Below are positions 1-13,221 of a stretch of 64,000 bases of DNA, in pieces. Position 1 is the stretch's first letter, and every line of letters begins with the position of its first letter. Source of the DNA: Vitrella brassicaformis CCMP3155 (lineage: Eukaryota; Protista; Chromerida); NCBI GenBank assembly GCA_001179505.1, contig CDMY01000223.1, forward strand, positions 98,319 through 162,318, in the 5' to 3' direction. The position numbers were made by a program, and so were the translations under genes. The notes under the pieces are model-generated. The model worked only from the letters and a program-made list of their open reading frames with translations, made no database searches and had not been told where the DNA came from.

Positions 1-1232
1 TCTGTGGCTGGCGGTGTCTCACCCGCCACTGTCCGTCATATTTGTTGAGAAGCTGCTGAGTGAGCGCACTCGAGGGGCCGTGGGCAGCCGACGGCTCCAA
101 GGGGGACGGCACACCGCTGCCCGCGGCATTCGGCAGAGACAGGACTTCCTCTCTCCCTTCGGCAGGAGGTTCTGATACATGGACGCGAAAAAGACAAATC
201 TCTCTGTTTTGTCGCTGGTGTCACCGACTTGGCTGTGGCGGGTCGCCCCATATGTAGATGCCCCGGCCGTGGGGCCTTCCATTGTACCACTCGCCTGCAT
301 GAACCAGCAGCCACCACGGCAGGAGGTAAGCCGCCCGCCCCAATCATAAGCATTGCCAGTCGGTTGTGTCTCACCCACCTTTGTACAATTCATTGGTTGG
401 CCACCACATGGCACCCTGGCCGCATTGCAGGCCGTCGCGCCACTCGCCTGATCGACCAGAGCGCATACACACGATGAGGATCCTTTTGTGTGCTGCATGT
501 GCCTAATACCGTTGTATATGCTGCCTGATGGATAGACCTGCCTGCCCTGGCCCTGCTTCTTCCCGTGGTACCACTGACCTTACAACCACCAACCACAGCA
601 CCAAGACACACACTTTTGAGGTGAAGGTGAAGCTTAAGAACACAGGGATGAATACCGTCGTATATGGCGGTTGGTGCGGCTTCGGAGCTCTGTGCCGACT
701 CGAAGTAGGTGAGCACGCCGCTGCCGTGGCGCTGGCCCTTCAGCCACCCGCCCACATAACGAATGCACCTGCATGTGAACGGCTTGCCATGCTCACTTCT
801 TCCTTTTTCGTGTGTGTCCAGCCTCACCCATCCGCTGAAGTGAACGTGCCCGTCCCATCTCGAATGCCTTGGACAAACTGCACAAAGACACACACAAAAA
901 CACCGTGTGCGCGTCAGCCGACCCCGCGCCACATATACCTGTCCTTGATACAAGCTGCCGTCGGGCCACCGGTAGACCCCTTCACCGTCGATGCAGTTGT
1001 CCACATAGCCTCCCTCGTACGTCGCGCCGTCTCCCCAGGTGTATTTGCCTTTGCCGCTGAAAGTCTTGGTGCCCAGGAATGTGCTGTGCAGGGCCCCCGT
1101 GTAGCGGCATGCGTCCAGCTGGGCGTCGGTGAGGGGCAGCTCATTGGTGAGGGCCGCACGGCGCTTCTTCTTACGGAGGGTGCGCAGACGGTCGTCCTCG
1201 AAGCGGCTGAGCTCACACCACACGTCTGTCAT
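1..1232 (-). CDS. MORN-repeat protein (spliced, 3' end runs off the window)
   Basis: Repeated Y-x-G-x-W/Y-x2-G-x3-G-x-G units across exons: GKGKYTWGDGATYEGGYVDNCIDGEGVYRWPDGSLYQG, YVGGWLKGQRHGSGVLTY, GEWRDGLQCGQGAMWW, GEWYNGRPHGRGIYIW. ATG at 1232; last visible exon ends NKYDGQWR at a GTGAG donor near position 22. Confidence 0.85.
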
Positions 1233-1383
1233 GGGGAGAAAAGGATTTCGGGGGAGGAAGGAGCCCGCAGACGCCCCCTGCATGCATTTGAGCTTGCGGA
1301 TCGCAATTTGCACTAATTTGCACGAATTCAGTGGCTGGGGACAAGCGCAGAACATTGCCAGCATGGCTAGCTTAGTATATCTA

Positions 1384-2042
1384 TCAACATGAGGTCCGTG
1401 CCTCAGTCACCGCCTCCCCGCCAAAAGCCACGACATCATCCAGGCCGTCTTCCTTTCCCACATCAAACACCCACCCCTCACTCTGCACCCTCACCCATGC
1501 ATGGCGCAGCTCCTCCCTGCCTCCCACACCCGCATGACCGCGACCGTCAGCCACGTACATGACCAAAGGGTCCAGCTGCAGTTGCTCGTCTGTACTGTGA
1601 CGCGGCACACGCAGGTACCTCTCGATGACAGCAAATGCCTTCTCCTTGTGCGGATAATGGCGCAGAAGGATTCCGATCTTGTGCACAGTGGGAATGACAG
1701 CCGAGCTGGTGGCGGACTGCAGGAGGCCCGCCAGCTCGAGCGATGTCAGGATGTGGCCGATGCGATAGAGGGACAGCAGCTTCATCGCTACCTCCACGGG
1801 CACGCACTCACTGTCCCCATTCACAGCCTCTGCTGAGAGCTGCCGATAGGCTGCCATCTCTCCAGCAGCAGCCCGAATGAGGAAGCGGGCAAAACCGGGC
1901 AGATCGACGCTGTTGTTCTCCTTGAGCTGAGCCTGGCAGATGGATGAGGGTGGCGGGTGGCCGTGGCGCGTTGCGATGGCTTTCAGATCCAACACCAAAA
2001 CCCGCAGCATGTCACGAATATTCAGAGCGTTGATCTGACACA

Positions 2043-2078
<36 letters not shown>

Positions 2079-2989
2079 CCGTATCAAAGAAACAGTATGT
2101 GTTCCTCATCCACACCCTTGCACTGACCCAGTTGTGATTGATGGCCATGCAGTCCGTTTCATTGCACACCTGGTGATACCACCCGCCAGGCACAAACACA
2201 ACATCGCCTCCACAGCTCTCAACCTCCACATACGGCGCACGGCTGACATCCGGGAACTTCCTCTTGTCGTAGCTCCTCAGGTCGGGCACGAGGGATGTCC
2301 CTGACGCATCCATGAGCATGTGGGCGTCGTCTGGATCGAAGAAGCGCCACCGTTTCCTGCCAACGATATTGGCTGACCAGCTGTTGCTTCCCAGCACATC
2401 CATATGGATCGGCGTCGTCGTCCCTGCCTTACCTGCATGAGGTGCAGGACCGAAAGCCATATGCGCAAGGCATACTTGTGAGTTATGTGCTGTGCTCACC
2501 CCAGTAGACGAATCGATAGTCCTCAGAAGGCTGCAACCGGTATTTGTTGAGCCAATCGTCAGCAAAGAAGCTCGGCACGGGATAGAGAGAAGAAGAGTCG
2601 CCCCTGAGCACCTCCTCGACGTAGCGCCAGTCCTTCAGATAGAGCAATGGATCGTCATCAGCCTCGCCGCGGCGCTCCCAGTAGTCCAGGAAGGCGTGCA
2701 GACCCATCTCCTCGCACTCAAACCCATCACCAATTCGACATCTCTCCACAGACACAGGCACATCAGCATGCTCACGCCGAAGTCGTTGGATGTCAGGCAC
2801 GCCATCCTTCTGCCACTTTGCAGCCGCCGGCCAACCCTCTGCAAGGCCACGCAGCACCACAGGCACCCGGGGAGCCATGAACTTTTGTACGAATGACTCG
2901 TAAGTGAGCCGGGATGGGTCGTCGACGACGTGAATCTGACGGGGAGTGCGTTGAGGACGAACGAAAGCGGAGATCTTTTTGGACCACAT
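1384..2989 (-). CDS. JMJD4: JmjC-domain 2-oxoglutarate/Fe(II) oxygenase, JMJD4-like
   Basis: LYLKDW, DDWLN..DYRFVYWG, TPIHMDVLGSNSWSANIVGRKRWRFF and VFVPGGWYHQVCNETDCMAINHNW give the HxD...H facial triad in JMJD4-type context. The 3' end is approximate. Confidence 0.85.
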
Positions 2990-3041
2990 CCCATCAACAA
3001 GTGCGTTTACGATGGGAGGGGGAGGCGAATGAGAGTTGACG

Positions 3042-6000
3042 ATGAAGGCGGTGGTCCGCTTGACGTCGGCGTCGGAGCCCGGTATCAGCCAGTGCACATC
3101 AGCGGATGGCAAGAGTCTCCATCTGCCGTCCGCTCATCAGCGGACGGCCAGCGACGTCGACAGGTGATAGTTGGATAGATGAATGCTCATGGCCGCGTTC
3201 GTGCACGTGTGGCCTTGTTGTTGTTGGTATGCAGGTATGACTTTGACCGGATATACAAGCCCTCGACGGACCTGGAGGTGCTGTATCAAGATGGTGTGGC
3301 GTCGCTTCAGCAGTTTGCACACAAAGGGGAGGTGAGCACATCTTTTCCATCCATCCATCCATCTGTGCCTTGATGCCTGTCAGCACAACGCTATCATCCT
3401 TATCGGCCCGCCGGGGCAGGACAGGGTGATGAGAAAAAAGAAAGACGGCACACACATCCCTCCCTCCGTGCATCGCAATGCTTGTCCTCTCCTTGCACAG
3501 GGATGGTTCGTAGAGGGCCAGGATGGCAGCGAAGGGCCAGGTAAAAAGGCCGTACTGACATTCCTCTATCAGCGTTTCAATTGCATTCATTCCTCCTTGT
3601 TTCCGTCAAGGTTTGTTCCGTCGGTGCCTGCAAGGCCTCATATCCGAATCGCAAACACAACAGACCGACGCACCACTCACCGTCACACTCACATGGTCCG
3701 CCAGCACACCACAACACACAGCGCAATGATGCACGGACACTCCAGATGCCGCCCTCTCTATGGTTCTGTCTGTTAGGTGTGGTTTCGTTGGCGAGCGCAT
3801 TGTGGACATTCTGGCGTCTCTCAACACGCAGCGGCCGCAGGGCCGCCTGCAGGTGGTGGAGGATGCGCAGAGGGGCACGGTGGTGGAGGGCCTAGAGGAA
3901 TACCTCGTAGACGACCTGGACGCCATCAGCGGAGCATTCGCCAGTAAGCAACGTGGAATAAGAGGTGCTGCATACCATTGCTCGGCATGTCGTCTGGTGT
4001 CAATATTCATTCAACTTATTGCAGATGTCCGTGAGGTGAGTGCGCTGGGGCACTGCAGCCATCACGTGCTGACCATTCACGTGTACAACCCCTCGGGCAC
4101 TCGGAGCCAACATGGGTCGCTGCGGTTCGCATCTATAGGAGAGGTCAGTCAGCCAGGCAGGCAGGCAGGCAAAGGGGTTGGCTTCTTGTAGGGTCTTTGC
4201 TCACACAGCCATGCTGTTCTGTCTGTCCTGCAGCAAGGTAGTGGTGCTGAGGAGTTCAGCTCATGTGAGCTTCCTCCGCCGTATCTGTATGAGTCCCAGA
4301 CGCCCCCATGGGCGTGTCTGCTGGCTGTCATCCCCTCCATCGCCCCCGACCTGCCCATCCCGCCCATCCCACTCACACACCCACTCACGAGGCTGCTCAC
4401 AAAATGGTCAGCAAAATCCCACAACACGCGCAAGACTCCAGGGCACATGAGACTGTCTTCCTGCCTTTCTGCCTGCGCGGCGCCTTCCTCTTCAGTTTCA
4501 GCGGCGGTTATCGGACTCTTCTGATCGTGTCGGCCCCTGACAGCCTCGCTCAGCTCCCCCGTAGCGCCCCGCTCCTCCGGGCGGGTGCAGCCCTCCGTCT
4601 CGCATACCGAATGCGAACACACGCCCGCCACCACACCGCCAAGGACCGACGCCCCAAGCCAGCAAAGGAGCAGCCGGCGGTCCACATGGCTTCGTCGAGC
4701 CAGAGCGAGACCGTGCAGCAGACGGACGTGACGTCATGTCTGTCGACCGCATCTGAGGACGTCATGAGTCGAGATGGCGCCAAGGGGCCGAGGGGGGAGG
4801 ACGGGAGGGCTATCGGGGGAAGAGGCGAGGGAGAGGCGTCGACGCAGCCGGCTGTCGTCGGTGGGGCTGAGGAGATAGCATCTGGCCATCGGTTCCTGAG
4901 GACGGAGGTGGGGCGTAGATTTCGCGTGGGGACGATTGAGACAGTTTCGCCAAAGAAAGAAGACCGCACACGGCCAGAGCAGGAGGGGGAGGAGTGCGAC
5001 AAAGGCGGCCAGCAACCATCGGAAGCGGCCAATCAGACGGCGAGCGACACCCCAGCTCCCGTGCCGCAATACGTGCTGCCCCCACGGCCGCCATCTGAGT
5101 CAAGAACACGTCTCCCTCTCGGCCCTCCCATCCCCAAGAGCCCCAGCTCTCCCGCGCAGGGAGACGCCCTGCTGGCCAGTGTGCATCGGCTGATCAAGAA
5201 GCACGATGCCGCCTACAGCCCCCACCACCAGATACCCCTCACGCCACCCGTCAAGAGCAATGGTGAGGACCAGCCCATTGGGCCCAAGCCCAGGAGCCGG
5301 CTGTCGCTGCCGGTCGCCAGGGGAGTGGATTTCACTGCACATGAGGAGCAAGGTGGAAAGGAGACATGGCCAGTGGTGGACAACGGCGGCCCTGTGAAGC
5401 TGCAACAGGGGACCCCTTCCATCCCACTCACTCCCCCCACCCTGCGCGACGGTCGACGCTTCTCCTCTCCCCCTCTCCCTGACGAGGCGGCCCATGGTGC
5501 CCAGGAGCCACCGATGTTTGCTCAGCACGGTGCCCTCCTGCCAAGCATGCCCGCTTTCACCTATTCTGGTGGTGATGGCGGGACAGCAGGGGCGTATGCA
5601 CGGCTGGTAGAAGCTGCTACTGCAAAGGGGCCCAAGGGGGATGAGGGCGGGTCGGAGAGGGCGGTAGAGGACGTGCTGCCCAAGGGCGCCCGGCTCCTGC
5701 GGGCGGCATCGGCTGACGGGTAAGTGCTGGCCTCATCTGTTCATGTGTCGATAGCAATTGTATCCGTGTCATTGTTTCATTGTATGTGTGTGTCAGTCGT
5801 CGGTCTCTGCCCCGCACGTATGCCGACTTCCAGAGGAGCAGCCCAGTGGCGTCTCAGGCCTCATCCACACCGCCCAAGGACGCACCAAGAGCACTTCCCA
5901 GACCCAAGACAGCTGCCCCACCCAAGTACACCAAAAAGCCTGCCTGCCACGTTCCATCACCCGATTGCTCTCCTTTGTCTGCGTGCAGGGCTGTGGTGTC

Positions 6001-8582
6001 TCCGAAGGTGACGCCCTTCGTGCCTCCTGGGTGGCATGTGCGGAGCACGGAGGGACGGACAGGGCCGCCATCGTGGTGACACAGACAGCAAAGGATAAAA
6101 GGTGATGGCATTGCGTCCTTGTGTTGGTTTGTGCAGCGCTTCGAGTGTAGTGGATGAGCTGCCCAAGCGTCGCGCGAGCGTGGGAGGGAACGACGCCGCC
6201 AAACGGAGTGCGTCCATCGGACCTGTGGGCGTAAGGCAAACACATCACCGTCGCATCACCGCCGGTACTGCGATCTTCATCTGTTTGTGTGTGGCTATCA
6301 GTTGCCGCCGCCCAAGGACACCAAGGCGGATCTGAAGGCCCAGCTGGCCAAGGCACACAAGGAGTTGAAGGAGTTTCATACGTACAAGGAGGCCATGGAG
6401 GCCACACTCACAAGAACCAACACACAGGTGACTTCTTCACAGACGCGACGCGACCCTCCACACATGATCACTCGTCTGTCTGCCTGCCTGTCTGTCTGTC
6501 TGTCTGTCTCCCTCATATGCAGCTGAAGGCCACCCGGCAGAGTCTGCAGGCAGTGCAGAAGCAGGTAGGCTGACGAGCGATGGCAGCTGTCAAATCAGTT
6601 TGCCCCGAACGCATTCACGTGCCCTGGCCTCTCTGTCAGGTGCATGAGAAGGGCATCGCAGTTCGCCGGCTGACCAAGGGCATCCAGGACAGAGACAAAC
6701 ACATGGCCGCACTCAAACTGGAGGTCAGGGGAACAAAACCAATCACGCTCCTTCCCTTGGCCAACGAGGGTCCTTCTGTCTCGTGTGTATGGGTGCAGTT
6801 GGAAGAGAATCTCGTTCTCCAACAGAAGATAGAGCGAGCGGTCAGCCGACAGCAGGCACAGAAGCTGCTCACGCCATGACTTGTATCCTCTACTCTCTCC
6901 CATGAAGGCCCAAGCTGAGATAGGGACCCTCCGTCGCGAGAAGGATGCCCAGATACGGCAGCTTCGCGAGCACCTGGCATCCCAGGGCCAAGACGTAGCG
7001 GAGAGGGAGGCCGCACTCGAGGTGCCCCGCGCACAAAGGGCAACCAGGAGAGGCACTGTGGCCACCGCCGGTTCTTGTCATTTTTGTTGGTGCAGGGTGA
7101 GCATGCGTCTCGGCAGGAGATGGTCGTGTCGATGACGGTGCAGATCGACCGACTTCAGAAACAAAACCAACAGCTCATGGTGAGACGAATGGAAGAGCCG
7201 CCTACAGGAGGGGCATTGCTGATCTCTTCATGCGCCCATTCTGCCCTGTAGGCCGCTCTCCACATCCGAGAGCAACAGCTCAAGTAAGCATACTAGATGG
7301 CCCATCAGTACAATGATGGAATGCGCATTTCTGTTACTTCAGTTGGCAGCAGACGATGTCTCAGTATCTGCACGACCAGGTACATGCCCTCAAGACGGGC
7401 CAGCCAGCCCCACCATCCCCTGCATTCCCGGCACCGCCATCGCTCCATGGCTTGCCCTCACACTCCAAACTTCCAATCGCCTCTCTGCTCGACGTAAGAC
7501 CAGAACAATCCACAAAGGATACGGCATCTTAGTGTCTCCTGTACGGCTTTCAGGTGGACCAAGAGTTGTCGGGTATAGCTGCGCCTGTCGACCCCACGCT
7601 TTCCCACTCCCACTACTCCCGTCACAGCACTCCCGCGGGCCGTCGGGCGTCCCTCCCAGCCAGCCGCAGACCAGCAGTCGCCAAAGTGCCCCTGCCACCA
7701 GCAGGGCCCAGCAATCTCATCCCATCAGCAGCCGCCCGCCGATCGGTCACTCCATCTGCTGCTGCATCCAAGAGAGCCATTCCTCCGGCAGCAGCCAAGG
7801 CCAAAGGGGCAGCGGGGAAGGCCACGGCGGCCGCTCGATCCAAATCTGTCGGTCCAGCTGCGCGGCGAGCTGCGTTGAGGGCGGGAGGGATGCGGCCGGC
7901 TTTGCCGAGGGACATTCCGGTGCAGGTGCTGGTGCCTCCAGTGCGGCAGATGGGGCCATCCGTAGAGGCGCCATCCCACCAAGACGAACGAGCGGAGAGT
8001 GCCGAAGCGGCTGGAGCAGAGCGAGAGGATTACCTGGCAGCAGATCAGCCTGTTGCTGCCCTCCCCCCTTCTGCGGCGAGTGTGATCGAGGCGCATCCCC
8101 TCGTCCCACCAATTGTCGTCGGCTCGGGCACCACGAACATCAGCGGCGCAACACAAGCCAGCGCCACCCAGACGACCGGCGCCAACACGCCCCAGGCCGC
8201 CGCCCCGTCTCTGCCACCAGTCCCTCACGGCCAGCCTTGCCCTGTAGCTCTTGCAGTGGATCGGTCCGCAAGTCCCCCACCCCTTTTGTTTCAGCGAGTG
8301 GACACCTACACCCAGCCGCGGATGGAGGTGAGGCTCACGCCACGAGGGCCGCCCAGAGAGAATGACGAGGGGAACGGGAGGGAGGGTGGGTCGGCTCGCG
8401 ACCTTGCGCGTGAGATGCCCGACTCAGGGGGATCTCCGCTGTCTGAGCGGCGGGCCATGCGGAAGAGGGAGATGGCCATGGCGGCAGCACAGAGGGCTGC
8501 TGGTGGGGAGCTGAGTGAGGCGGGAGGGAAGGACAATGGCGAGGCGTATCGCACCAGAGATGTCGAGGACATGGCGCTCTGA
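3042..8582 (+). CDS. Divergent kinesin-like protein (motor-like N-terminus, low-complexity middle, coiled coil, P/A-rich tail)
   Basis: Spliced reading MKAVVRL...RYDFDRIY...HNAIILIGPPGQ...GLFRRCLQGL...WCGFVGERIVDIL...LQVVEDAQRGTVVEGLEE...HCSHHVLTIHV...LRFASIGE...LTRLLTKCFSGGYRTLLIVSAP follows kinesin motif order. GT-AG junctions join it in frame to the 4308-5723 ORF, the coiled-coil exons at 6300-7380 and the 7554-8582 exon. Confidence 0.7.
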
Positions 8583-8756
8583 TGCATGCTCGTGACTGAT
8601 GAATCAATGCGTGATGAATCAATGCGTTTGCGTGAACCGTAGAGACGGATTGCAATTGACGGATTGTTTCCCTTTTGCTCCGCATGCAACGTAAATCTCC
8701 ACACTCTAAGCTCGCGTCAGGCGGAGGAGGAAGGGAAAGGAGAGGAAGGCGCGATG

Positions 8757-11700
8757 GCCTCCGACGAAAACCTCTGGCAGCCGACAGAGCGGCGCAGGCA
8801 TGATTCATCATTGACTCTCTATCTTCTGGTGTCGGCCCCCCACTCGCTGCTGGTGGCCTCTACACCATCTTGTGCTTGAGATCCAACAACGGTGAGCGCA
8901 TCACACGGTCAATGACGCGACCCTACAGACAGCCACTGCTTGTGCTCTGTCGTCTGTGCCGTGTTTGACTCAGATCCGTCGCTTGTCGCATCTTCTCCTT
9001 CGTCTCTCAGGAGAGCTCAAGGCCAGTGCGAGGGCGATGAGTGCGCTGAGGGCGAGCAGAGCGTCCTCCTGTCGGTCTCTGGCTGCCGATGCATCGACGA
9101 GACCTGTCAAGAGGTGGAGCTTCTGAGCGGCGAATTCGAGCGCTACTGCCGCGTCGAGAAGGAGGACTGTTACGTGGACGGCTGCACATGCCAGGGGCCG
9201 ATCTTCGGCCAGTACATCGATGCGTGCGGCTTGACAGCCTTGACTGGGCCAATCGGTGCGGCGGATGAAGCAGAGGAGCTGGACCATCCGACTGTCTTGT
9301 TCTCGTTGACCGGCTGTCCATGCATCGAGAGGAGCTGCCAGAAGGAAGGCCTCGACATCCCCGGTCTGGAGCGATTCTGCATGGTTCGACAGGAGGACTG
9401 CAACAAGGGTCCATGCAAGTGCATAGGGCCCACGCTTGGCCAGTACTACGACGCGTGCGTCGAGGGTGGCATCGAGCAGGTATTAACCAACGGCGGCTGC
9501 CGGTGCATCGACGAGTGCCGGAAGCGGTCGTCAGACGATAAACCCACGTGCCGGATCCATCCAAAAGAGCATTGTGAGGACCAGTCGGAGAGTGGCTTGT
9601 ACACATTGCCCGAATGCGACAGTCCCGCGTGGGAGTACCAGCTGAGGCCGCCCACCTTCTGTGCGGGAGTGGCAGAGCGCCTCAGCGGCACAAGGAAGGC
9701 ACACTGGACGCATCTCGTGTATATGAACGCGGTGAGAGTTGCCAGAGAGATGCGCGCGCTCCCTCCCTCCCACGTGTTCATGTGTGTCTGTGCGGTCGTC
9801 ATCAGGACAATAAGTTGGAGAGCTATGCCATGAGTGACTTGAAGAAGATGCTTCAGATCCCCGAGGGCGACATCAACCTGCTTGTGCTCGTCGACCGCGC
9901 CGACCCTGAAGTCGAGGACTCATCCCACCGGGCGATTCACGATATGGTCATCTGTCCAAATGCCACTCCCGGAGAGGTCACTGCCAGAGACGTATGCATG
10001 CACACGCGCCCAGGCATCTCACATCGACCGATAGACGAGCATGAATACCTTGTCCCTTCTGTATTTGGGTGGCGTCGGTTTGTTCAGGCAAGGCAGCAGT
10101 TTTCCGGGGCATATGAGCTGCTGATGATCGGCGATCCATACGAAAACGAGAACAGCACCAGCCGGCGCCGCTGGCTTCTCAAGAGGGACTTAGGCGAAAT
10201 CAATATGGACGAGGGGCAAGTGCTCCGGGTGAGTGACACGACAAGCCGTCAACACGTGCCCGTTCCTTCTGCATGTGTGTGTGGTGTATGCAGGAGTTTA
10301 TTGTGGGAAGCTTGAAGGATTTTCCCGCAGAGCACTACGCCCTCACTTTTTGGGATCATGGCGTCGGCCGGAAAGGGTGGACTACCGCGGACAAAAAGAA
10401 ATGCATGTATCAAGAAGCATGGGTGGACCGTGTGTGTGCAGTTTCGGCGGCGATTCTAGCCATGGTAACTGGGATTCGCTGATGAGCCTCTGGGATCTAG
10501 AGACGAACATCAGAGTAAGCAACATAGACCATTTTACGCCATGGATCTTTCTTTCCTCTTACATCGAGCTTGTCTTGTCTTGTCTTGTTTCGTTATCCCA
10601 GGAAGGCGTTAAGGACGCGGGCATGCCTGACGACTTCCGCTTCGACCTGCTGTCATTCGACGCATGCCTGATGGCATCGTACGAAGTCACAACGGCCCTC
10701 GCATCGCAAGGACACTTCTTTCTCAGTCGGTGAATAGCACCCATATCATTCACAGACAGTTAGTCAGAATCATGTCTGTTTTCAATACCAATCATGGCCC
10801 TCCTTCTCTTCTGCCTGTTCGCATGCAGGCAGCGAGACCCTTATCAGCGGCACTGGCTGGGACTGGAAGTCGCTGAGACCCACACAGCCGAACGGCCAAG
10901 CGACTCCTCCGTTGGAGTACGTCAAAAAGATCGCCCTAGCGACGATGGACTACTACGTGCGCAACGAACGCCTCATGAATCTCGCCATTGTGGACCTCTA
11001 CAAGATCCTTGAGTTCCGCCAAGCCTTTTCCCAACGCCAGAAGACGCTGACCAAACGCCTGCACGATTGCGTCGATACGAAGGAGGTCGATCGCATCCGG
11101 ACGGCTTACCAGAGGGCCGACGACAGCCTGCGAGGCCGCCAGGCGTCGCTATTTAGCGGGGAGATAGTGAATCCGGTGGACATGGGTATGCTGCTGCAGT
11201 ATCTGGAGGCCGAGGTGGAGCGGGTGATGCCTGCCGACGAGCTCGATTCTTTCTCTTTCAAGGTACACGAAGTAGAGTTAGTGTAGAATGCATGGGTGAA
11301 TGGACAAATGTGTTCTCAGGACGCCATCAAGAAGTACACCGAGAGCATCGTCTACTTCAATGGCTCGGACAACTTCGGCAACATCCCCCTGACCGGTGAG
11401 GGAGTGGGGATATGGGTAGGTTCATGAAGCAAGCTGCAGTGTAGATTGTCATTCATGTCTCGTGTTTGTCAGGTTTGCACGCTGATTTGACTCTGGAAGA
11501 GCCGGTCACTTCCCGCTTGCTTGAGGCAGATGAGCATTCCACCAGCGAGGCGCCGGCATCTGATGCTCGCCAGCTGCAGGACGACGACGCCAAATGGGGA
11601 GCAAACATCGTAAGACACCACCACGTGCACTGGACAGGAAGCGAGAGCACGTTCTGATTTGCTCTTCTTTGTACCTCGCTTCACAGACCGACGACCCGAA

Positions 11701-13221
11701 CTGGCAGAAGACCGGCACGCCGACTGACCTGAGGGTCCTCCTCGAGCCCATCCGCGACACCAAGCGCGTAGTGTGCCGTGCTACAGTGGGCCCACCAGAG
11801 GCTCAGCCTACGTTCGAAATCATCAATACCACCCTCTATCTCATGACTCCGCCACGCTATCGGATCGAGATCTTCAGGAACACAACCAGTGGGGCAGCCT
11901 CATACACGGTTAGGCCAAGAGAATGAAAAGACCTTCCTATGCAGGGGCTGAATGAGTGCGTCGTTGTCTCGCTTCAGGCGCTAAAAGCAATCATGATCCA
12001 GCCCAGATCCGAGGGCGCCAGGTTCCGCAAGGCCTTTGTGGTGACGGCGGAGGAGTCGCTTGAGACCGAGGAGATTCGGGAGGAGGAGGGCGCTCATCCT
12101 GTAGACCGCGTGGCGGCCGAATGGGAGGGCGAGGGGTGGATCCTCCATCAGAACATCTGGAAGGGCATCCGGGCCTCCCTGACACGGCACGACTGCGACA
12201 TCACACCTGGGATCAAAGGATGTCCCGCAGGATTCGCCCGAGTAGTGCCCCCACGATCGAGTCCGGCCATCAATGAAGGCACCGACCGCACCTTTACCCG
12301 CCGGTGTGTGTGGCTGACTGCGCTGGCGCCTCCTCAAAGACAGGGCGCGACTCGACGACCCCTGCAGATCCCCGCCCGCCTCTATCGGAGTTTCCTCGAC
12401 TTCATGCGCGTGAAGGACGCTCGTAACGCCACTTTGGTGATTGACTACGATGCCAAGAGTCCCGACAAGAGCCGCCTGTCTCTCTTTGCTGCCAATCGCT
12501 TTGGCGTTGAGGCGGAGGTGTCTTCGCGTGATTGGGGGCTGATCGAGCCGCTGCACACGTACGTCAATCTCACCGAGGTGGAGGGGCCGGGTCGATACGA
12601 CATGGCCGGCAACGGGGGCCTGCAGCGGGGTCTGCCGTCATGCGCGGCATTCATGTAAGCGGAGGGAGGGGGGGAGGGAGAGAGAGGCAGATGCACAACA
12701 CAAGTGCACACATCGCTGCAGGTGGGGCTCTGATTCTGAAGCGACGCATCCTGAGGCCGACGAGATCGAGGTGTTGCAATGGCCGCCCACGGGCAGGGAG
12801 ACGACTGAGGGTCAGTCAGACAGACAGACAGACAGATGAACAAGTGGCTGCATGCGGTTGTTCATCTGTGCATGTGGTCGTCAGGGCGTGTGCTGGGCAT
12901 CACAGCCGAGGAGCAGCTGGCCAATCCAAGGATGGTCGGTGCGTTCGCGGCCGTCTCCCCGGCCAACGCTCGATGCGAAGAGTTCGAGAAAGCCCCGGCT
13001 ATGTATTGCAAGATATGCGACACACTGTCGGAGCTGGACGAGTGTGAGAAAGAGGAGGGCCTATTTGGGTGTGAGGGCATCTGTGCACACAAATGTGACG
13101 GGAAGCCGTGTGCGTGAGTGCGTCTCTGTAGCTGTGTGGCGAAGCGAGCGGTCCCCATCGGCACTCACGCAAAGCAACCGCTGCTGAGAGAGTGCCTTCT
13201 TCGGCGAAGGCGACCGTCTGA
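8757..13221 (+). CDS. Clostripain-family (peptidase C11) protease with N-terminal Cys-rich repeats
   Basis: Spliced motifs HWTHLVYMNADNKLE, LLVLVDR, YALTFWDHG (catalytic His), FDLLSFDACLM (catalytic Cys) and SETLISGTGWDW. Cys-rich modules at about 9020-9630 and a Cys-rich C-terminus. The start codon is unresolved. Confidence 0.8.

Noticed and set aside
7313-8365. 350-aa ORF overlapping the last exon of the kinesin-like gene
   Set aside because: Alternative frame of a GC-rich low-complexity exon. Splice phase supports the 7554-8582 frame.
8597-8626. 15-bp tandem duplication TGATGAATCAATGCG
   Set aside because: A single local slippage-type duplication with no recurrence seen elsewhere.
8877-8879. 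In-frame TGA after a signal-like stretch upstream of clostripain, as possible selenocysteine or readthrough
   Set aside because: Splice phase at the next donor fits a different frame, and no SECIS-like element was recognised. More likely an unresolved 5' gene model.
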